A stretch of DNA of 56,009 nucleotides, filler included, from Sphacelaria rigidula (taxonomy: Eukaryota): the NCBI GenBank assembly GCA_964200075.2. It is 5 parts of 5 records of this genome, joined end to end, with 100 filler letters (N's around TTAATTAATTAA, not from the genome) between each part and the next. Parts side by side here need not be neighbours in the genome. Positions count along the whole stretch, not along the records: positions 44,889 to 56,009 come from CAXNAA020005359.1; 4 more parts are not named here. One strand, given 5' to 3'. The notes beneath the pieces were generated by a model. That model saw nothing but the letters and a program-made list of their open reading frames with translations, made no database searches and was not told the origin of the DNA. Within the stretch, counting starts at the first letter, position 1. The number at the start of each line of letters is the position of its first letter. The position numbers and the translations under genes were made by a program. Shown one piece after another: positions 48,169 through 56,009 of the stretch.

Positions 48169-49260
48169 CGCTTTCCCCTCGCCTTCGAGAGTGTGGTCTT
48201 TCCCTGCGAGAGATAGACGGCAGCCGTACGAGCGGTCAGATCAGTAAGTTGGATTTGCGCCCAGTCACTTGCGGACTTGGCACACAACCGCTCCCCAAAA
48301 TTACACGCTTCCGCCGCCTCTAGAGTGAGCGCCGGCGTACCTGAACCGTCCTCTTCGGTCGACCTCGCCTCCTCATCTGAGATCACAAAAACTTCCGAGC
48401 CCGCCGTCTCGTATAACAAATACTTACCCACTTCAGTAACGGGGCAAGCATGCAAGCACAAGCCCGGTTCCCACTGTCCACACACCACATCGGTAACACT
48501 CGGGGAGAGAAGCCGTGAGTCATCCTTCACCACTTCCGGTCCCTTCCAGCCCAGTGTAGAGCTTGATGACTTAAGTATTTCCTGAATCCGATTCCGTGTG
48601 GCATCTGCTATCTCTGACGACGTCAGTGGAGCAGCCGGATGTCCACTCCCCCGCCTCTGAAAATTACCCAGGGGAGCAAGCCCATCTAGGCTTGAAGCAC
48701 GGGGACCCGGCCTCACAGAGGGAAGCCCATCTAAGCTGGCAACATGGGAGGAACCAAAATCCCGCGGCGCCACCCCGCTAGCCCCGATAAAGTAAACATC
48801 TAAATCAGCAGGGTCAGAGATGCGAAAAAGACCACTTACATCTTCGTCGCTGTGAGCAAGAGGAAGGCGCGACAGCATGTCGGCGTTGGAGTTAGCCACC
48901 CCCAGCGTGTAGAAAATCTCATAGGTGTAAGCACTGAGAAAATCTTGCCAACGCTGGACCCTGGGCACCTTCTCCGCAAGACTGAACAAACTGCGCAACG
49001 GTTGATGGTCGCTGAAAATTTGGAACGGAATCCCGTGGAACAACGGGCGGTTTTTCTTGACAGCCCAAACAACCGCCCCCGCTTCCAATTCGGTGGCCGT
49101 CCAGTTACGCTCGTTAGGCAAAGTACTGCGGCGCAAAAAACATAGCGGCCACACGTCACCTTCCGCATTACGTTGCTCCACCACCGCCCCCAGACCATCC
49201 TTGCTCGCGTCCGTGACCAACATGAAAGGACGACCCCCCGACACCGCTCCACCGTAATCC
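48126..49260 (-). pseudogene. Gypsy RNase H plus long linker
   Basis: LVTDASKDGLGAV, ATELEAGAVVWAV, SDHQPL, NADMLSR; frameshifted from RT near 49260. Confidence 0.92.
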
Positions 49261-52200
49261 GGAAAAGCGGACCGGTCAACTCCCCCAGAATTTCGCGCAC
49301 CGTTTCCTCATGTTCCGGCGTGAGATGAAACTCAACCTCCTTCTTCAACATCCCGTTAATGGATTTAGTGCGAGCCGCCATTTTCGGGATGAATTTGCGG
49401 TAGTAACTCAACCCCCCCATAAGCGAACGCAACTCAGTCACGGAAGTAGGCATCGGCATGAGGCGCAGCGCATCTACCTTCGTAGAGTCAGGCGAAATTC
49501 CGTCCGCCGAGATGCGATGACCAAGGAAAGTAACCTCCCCCGCCCCCACGTGAGCCTTCTTCGGCGCCAATTTAAGGTTGGATTTTGTGAGGCGTTCCAA
49601 GAAGCCCGACAAATCACTCACATGTGCAGCCCCATTTGCACTGAACGTGCAAATATCATCGATGTACAGACGGCACCGCATCAAACCCTCACATACCCGA
49701 GTCATGATGTATTGAAACCACCCCGGGCTCCCACTGCATCCCATTGGCATCACCAACCATTCGTACAAGCCCGATTGAGTACACACCGCGGTCAGTGGAA
49801 TGGTGTCAGGGTGCAGGGAGATGTTAAAATAGCCCGACAGAATATCGAGGCAAGTGAAAACCTCGGCACCCCCGAGCTCATCCAACAGCTCGTCGATAGT
49901 CGGAATGGGCAAGACCGGGATTACAGTGGCGTCATTAAGCTTCCGACAATTGCAAGTCAACCGAATACCTCCATCCTTTTTGTTCACCACCACCAACGGA
50001 GAGCTCCAACTGGAGCCAGAACGTCGCAGGAGCCCCGCCGCTAACAACCGGTCAATTTCAACCTGCACCTTCTGTTGCGTGGACGGATTGTGCCGGTACG
50101 GCCGTTGTTTGATGGGGCTAGCCCCCGGCTTCAGCTCGATTTTGAACGGATCCACCGTACAGTACCCCAAGTCCATTTTATTCACCGATAATCTGTGAGA
50201 GAATTTGCACAGCACATCCGCCAAATTATCAATATCCTCCACCTGCCAGAACTTGTCCTGTAAACCGAAAGTGATGCTATGTAAGTGAGGAGGGATACGA
50301 CCCCACAATCGACGGAACGCGGCACGTTTCTCCATACATAGATCACCGAACATGGCCTCCGGCGGCTCCGGCAGTGCCGGCTCGACTGCAAAAACGGCAG
50401 TCGAAGCCGGGTCCGGCAACCTGGAAATTGTCGCATCATTCAGCGAGCAAGGTACCAACGGTTGCCCTGCTGACCCCAACTTCATCCCTGGTAAGACCAA
50501 CGCAGACTCTACATCTGTAAACCGCAACGGAATAACTGAATCCCCCGCCTCCACAACCATTTCTGACGGGGACCACCCCGCCTCGAAATACACATAATAA
50601 TCACCTTCAGGGGCAGCCCCTCCCTTTGTCGGACGCAGTGTGACGGGAACCCACGTCAACTCCTGCGTTACCGCCAACTCAGTTTCCCCTGAAAAAACCA
50701 CGACAACCTTCTCGTCAGACATCGTCGACTGTTCAATCATGCCCCCGGCGTTTTGGACCCAGCGATCAAACGGGGTGGGTCCAACAGCCATAGCCGGCCT
50801 TGCGAGCGACATGATAGTTTTATCCTCACTAACATCACGATACGAGCGCACCGGGAACTGAGCCAACCCATCGCGACCCAACAGCAAATCAAACGACATC
50901 GTACCCTCCGGGACAATATGTGCGTACATCGCGAAACATGCACTCGTGCCTGTTGTCCGACCTTTGCGTGAGCCGTCCACGAAACGGATGTTCAAACGCA
51001 CCTGTGAGCATGTTCTCAGAGGCACCCCATTAAACCCGCCCCACGATACGGGATTAATCTCCCGCATCACGTCACCAGATCCCGCCCCGTACGCGACCAT
51101 GGACAACCATACCTTCTCCAGGATAAATGTCGCCGGACTCCCACTGTCGAGCAAAGCCGAGCAATCCCACATGCGGGTCGCCTTAGGCCCGCCAATCACC
51201 CTCACCCCAGCCGTGTTCCGAGCGCGGTCGATGGATACATATCCGCCGGAGACCTCAGCTACTTCCGGTAAGAACGTCCCTTGAACCCCGCGCGGTACCT
51301 GGCAGGGGATGTGATCGGGGGTACGAGGCGGTGGATCTATACTATTCAAACGATTTCCCGACGGGTCTAGAACATAGATATGCTCTTCCACGCAAATCGG
51401 ACTACCTTCGTCCGACACTCCAGCGACGGATCGTGCAAGGTGAGCCGCCTCGGCTGTACCTGTGCAATGGGAGGGACTAAACGGTTTCACGTGGTTGGGT
51501 AAATCAACCACACTGCCAGGCACCGAGCCCGCAGTGATCCCCGCAGTGACCTCCTCCGAAAGTGTGTTCAGAGTGGTTGGCCTTTCCACTGAAGTCCTCC
51601 GCAAGGATGGTCACTCAAAGCCTGGGCCGCCCCCGGCTGGCACGGAGTCCGGGGGAGCAAGCCCCCACTTGGTAGCACATGAAACCGCCCCCTTCTGAGG
51701 GTAACGGCGCCGAGAACAACTTGAGCCCCGAGCACCGTGACGCGACACGCTTTCCTGACCCAGGACGAATTCACCTGTTGGGCTCTCCAAATCATGCGAC
51801 GGTACCGTCACACCAGGACCGTCCTTGTCCGTAGCGTCTGTCGGAGGTAAGCAACGCTCACCGCGACAGCAGGCCTGCACCAGTGACCCTTGTGTCCGCG
51901 CACCCACACCACTGTGGGAAGAAAGACCATCCGGGGCGCTACTCCGGGATTGGTCCCCTCCCCGTCGGTCGATGTCCACCCCGCGAGGCCGGCGCGCGGT
52001 AGACGTCGCACAAAGCGCCGGGGCTGCCTCCGTCTCGCAAGTATCCCTCAAAAGTTGATCAGACCCCGCGGCTACCTTCAACACAGAAACCCCCCCCCGC
52101 ACCGTTACCGACACCCCCAGGCAGACTGTACCCTGCCTCCTTGCCATTGTCCACGCTGTGCGGACGGGAGAGGACAGAAATTTCGCCACATACGGCAGAC

Positions 52201-52411
52201 GCAGCCTGCTGCGGAACCAATGACACAGCCTACCGACCTTGTTGAGCTCTCTGAGCATCATGTTGCACTGACCCTTGTGCTGCCGGTAAAGTGGCCAGAA
52301 CTTTACCGTCGCGCCCTCATTTCGTTTGAGGGTAATCGTCGATAAAGTAAGAGCGCAGGCGGCGCTGCCACCGCACCCATTTCTGGCGGACTTCCTCCGG
52401 CGTCCCCTCAC
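49261..52411 (-). pseudogene. Gypsy pol: aspartic protease and reverse transcriptase
   Basis: ALLDSGS (~51145), LLLGRD, WSSPLVVV, MPMG, YIDD (49666-49655), FLGH. The same frame extends up to 52411 through a TGA at 51613-51611. Confidence 0.93.
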
Positions 52412-55400
52412 CCATCGAGTGATGTATTAAACCCAATTTATGAATATACTCCTTCGGACACTATCGAGCCAAAGTGTGGTCGGCGCTGCCGCAGTTGAGA
52501 CAATACGGCCCAAATGCTTCCCGCGCTTTGTTCTTCAGCTCGCGGACCTGTCCGAATTAGCCCGCCCCACCATATACACATATTCCATCTCCCGATCCTC
52601 GAAGGGGAAATCGCGCATCTCCGTGATGCTCACCACGGTCCCGCTAAAAGACCTACCCTGACCCGACTTAGGCGGATAACGGCTCCGCGCCTCTCCCCCT
52701 CTAGTACCCTGCACGAGTCGCGGCGCGTGCGCCCGCATCGTGTTGGATCTGAACTGGTCCAACTTGCCCATCAGCGACTCGAGGGAGTCGAACGGCGTCG
52801 CACAATCATCGCGCCCCGCAAACACGTGGCCACTAATCCCGGGGAACTGGTCCTGAATGGCCATTTCAATTGCCGACTGCACTTGCGCCTGATCCAGAGT
52901 CATCTCGGCCCCCAGACACTGAAAATTGCTCACCAGAATCCGGAGGTCGCGCAAATAATCGGCGAACAAAGACCCTTCCGCTGCCCGGAAATTGATCAAC
53001 TCCCGGAGCACGGCGTCAAGTGTCAGATGGCTGAATTCACGGCTTAACAACCGCACCAGAAACGCCATAGCCTCTGGCCCAGAAGCCCCCTCCCCCTGCA
53101 AACGAGACACGTGAGCGATTACGTCCCCGATCCGAGCCACGATTCCCGGAGCGTCCGGTGCCACTGGCCGCACGGCACGCCGCAAGTGTTTTTGGAGGGT
53201 CTTTTCCCAACCCCGCGTCCAACGCGTGGGATGGGTGTCTCACAATGAGCCGCATTGCCGCTACCGAATCTTTTACTCCCTCCACTAACGCCACCAACTG
53301 CTGCATGTTGTGAGTGGACGATAACGGTAACTTCGGTAGGTCCGCCAACAAATCCAGTTTGAGTTTCGCATACCCCTGCGCAATATGCGCGGTATGCAAC
53401 GACGGGAACCCATCCCTCGAGTCGGCAGTCCCCAAGGACTCTCCCCCGCCCCGAAAACTCTCGTCGTTGGGTAGACCAGCGACAACACAACCCTGCAACA
53501 CCTCCCAGGCCCATCGGGTGCCACCCACCTCTTCGTTTCTCGGTGCTCCGGCCCACCCGACCGAAAACCCGGTTGACTGCGGGCACCCTCCGCAGGCGCC
53601 AGCGCCCCTCCACCTTGGGCGTCCTGAACCGCGAGTTGCGCCAACACGCCTCCCCCGCTCCGTAGCAGCTCCCGCTGCTCCTCCTCCCAAGACTGCAACG
53701 CCCGGTGAGGAGGATACGACCCCTTCAACGCCCGGCTCTGCCGGCAAAACCCCGGCGATGACACCCCCTAGGGACAGCGGGCGGCGCAGTACTTAAATTC
53801 CTCGTCCGAGAGGCGAGGCAGCGCAAGCACCCCGTCCGCCCCCCAGTCACCGGAGCCCCGAGGCGCCGCGAGGGACCCCCCACCCTGCGCCCCCACCGCG
53901 GGCGGAACCAGGGCACCACGCGACCCGTCAAACGCCGCCCGGGCAAACGAACCCCCCACGCCAGTGGCCGCCACGCCATCGGTCGGGCCAGAGATAGAAC
54001 TGGCTGCCTCCGCCGCCACCCCGCGAGCCGCAACCGATACAGCCGTATTAGAACGATCCGTCGCCGTCCCACCCGGTGGAGCGGCAGCCGACATTACCCC
54101 GCCGACCCCCGCCCCTTACGTGGGAACCAGCGGAGCCGCGGGCGGGACCATCGACGGTCCCGCTGCGACCAAGGCTCCCGACCCCAGCGCGACCCCCGGG
54201 GAAGAACCCCTTACCCCTATCACGGGCCGAGGGGCGGGCACGCAGTTAACCGCCGGCTCCGCGTCCCGCAGCAACTTCAGCTGCGGAGCCCACTTACCGA
54301 ACAAGGGCCCCACCTGCTGGGCGCACGCCAAGATCACCGCCTCACGGTGCGAACGCGCTTCCATGAAGTGCAAGGCTTCTTGCTCAACCTCTGCCCGCGT
54401 GGCGAGTTGGGCGGCCTCCGCCCGTTCCAACTCCGCGGCAGCCTCCGCGGCCTCCACGCCCGCGACCGCCACGTGACACACCGCGGTCTGGACGGCCAGT
54501 TCCGCCGCGTCATCCTTCGCGACGGCCCCGTCTAGACCCGCCTTCCGAGAAGCCGCGACCTCCGCCGCCCGGGTAATGTCGGCCATGGCCTCCGGTGAGG
54601 CACGAGACAATTTATCCGGAGTCGGATCGCGCAACACGTCAAACCGGCCCCCAGTCACCGCCGGACGGGACACACGGGACACATCCGCATACGACCGGGA
54701 ACCCGACACCCGCGTCCAACCGTTATCCCGTACCCCCGGCATTTTCTCCCCCGGCGAGCGGGAACCGCTCGCAAGTACTCTCCCTACAGTCCGAGAACCC
54801 ACTTACGACTGGGAGCCCGCCGGATTTCCACCCCGATCCTCATCCGCCTGCAACCGACGAGCGAAAAATTCGTCCGCCGCCAAGGCGTTACCCTCCGTTA
54901 ACCACCGTTCCTCCAGGGTCAACGTGGCCGACATCTTACATGCCTCCACCATCAACCCTAACCTCACCTCCTGCTCGTGTACCATCAACCGCGGCGGTGG
55001 TGACGGCGTCCGACGGTCGTCGTCCCCCATCACACGGCGGCCGCGCGGCGACGCGGGCCCCGCCGCGGCCTCCACCTCCGCCTCGGGGGCAGCGTTCTCC
55101 GTCTCTACCAACTCCTGATCCACATTGCCTGGTACGTGTGAGGTACGAACGGCAACGTGAGGACCAACAGGCGTGCTGCGGGGGACAGACGACACCTCAC
55201 TACCACCCTCCTAAACCGACACATCCGACGCAGAGGGCACGCCAGAACCCCCGCGAGACCCCGAGCGGCCACGTGCGATCAACAACGCACGCCGACCTAC
55301 CTCCCGCGGCGGAACCGCTACCGCATGCCCGAAACTACTCGAGCGGGAGGGACTTTCCCCTGCCTCGATCTGCGCAAAAAGCACCGCTTCAAGGCCGGGC

Positions 55401-55870
55401 GTTTCATCAATACTCGACTTTTCCGCCCCACGAGGCCTGAAGACTGAAAAACCACCGCGAGCATCAAGACCCTCCACCAGGGGGTCAGGGGCCGAAGCGA
55501 CCCCACCCCTACCCTTACCCCCGTTACCCCTACCCACAATGACCGTACCCACCCCACCCGTACCCAACGGGGACGACCCCGCCGCCCCCGCCGTACCCTC
55601 CGGCGACGGAGGGAAGTTCCCACTAGCATTCCCGGGGCGGATCTTACCCGCAGCAGCCCAAAGTTCCGAACGAGCCGGCGAACGAATAGCATGAGCACTA
55701 CGAATAGACGAATCAGAACCAGACTCACTACTCGCAGCACGCGCCGCGTGCGCAGCGAGCGAACTCGGAGGCACGGCCAGACGCGGGGCCGTAGCCGCCC
55801 GCTGTGATCGCGTGACCGCACCCCTCCCCCCACCCTTACCCTGAGTACCCGTCGTACCTGACATGACCAA
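52317..55870 (-). pseudogene. Very long disrupted ORF1/gag with capsid-like region and zinc knuckle
   Basis: ORFs 55870-55211, 55195-54803, 54802-54116, 54094-53768 and 53764-53285 are all in one frame, separated by single stops. Frameshifts lead into a helical capsid-like part (53185-52535) and CLNCGSADHTLAR*C (52502-52458). Confidence 0.75.
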
Positions 55871-56009
55871 CCACCCTCGAGCAGACAGCCGAAATCCCCA
55901 AGCAGAAAACGCAGCAGACCAGTCGTCGACGCCACTCTGAGGAACCTGAATTTCACTTTGGAGACACGGAGGTTCCCATTTCTCGCGTGTAGATTCTTGT
56001 ATCTGCGTT

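Larger units (their letters stand above)
44889..56009 (-). mobile_element. Decayed Ty3/Gypsy LTR retrotransposon with chromodomain
   Basis: Domain order gag-PR-RT-RH-INT-chromo on the minus strand, with several stops and frameshifts. Confidence 0.95.

Noticed and set aside
53314-55447. Long plus-strand ORFs over the Gypsy ORF1
   Set aside because: They are antisense shadows of GC-rich coding sequence.
55960-56009. Primer-binding site and 5' LTR of the Gypsy element
   Set aside because: TGGGAACCTCC does not follow a CA end or match a tRNA 3' end I can identify, and there is no similarity to 44889-45230.

Overview
The window is eukaryotic, intron-rich and repeat-rich DNA, most likely from a brown alga (Phaeophyceae). 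That assignment is inferred from gene structure, TTAGGG repeats and repeat families, and is not proven. It is not one locus: it is five length-sorted contigs (11123, 11122, 11122, 11121 and 11121 bp) joined by 100-bp N44-TTAATTAATTAA-N44 linkers, so nothing is adjacent across the linkers. Contig 1 (1-11123) holds an 8-exon minus-strand non-RD (HGD) Ser/Thr kinase plus many MITE/SINE/LINE-tail insertions. Contig 2 (11224-22345) holds the 3' exons of a plus-strand low-complexity protein ending in a WW domain, then a repeat cluster. Contig 3 (22446-33567) holds the 3' part of an LRRC9-like gene with a GC-AG intron and a long low-complexity tail. Contig 4 (33668-44788) is decayed repeats and an IS630/Tc1-like transposase remnant. 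Contig 5 (44889-56009) is a decayed Ty3/Gypsy element with a very long ORF1 and an integrase ending in a chromodomain plus a putative Tudor-like domain. The main leads are a MITE family carrying an internal telomere-repeat/palindrome cassette, the double-reader Gypsy integrase tail, and a shared GTGACCACG 3' motif on retroposons with different microsatellite tails.
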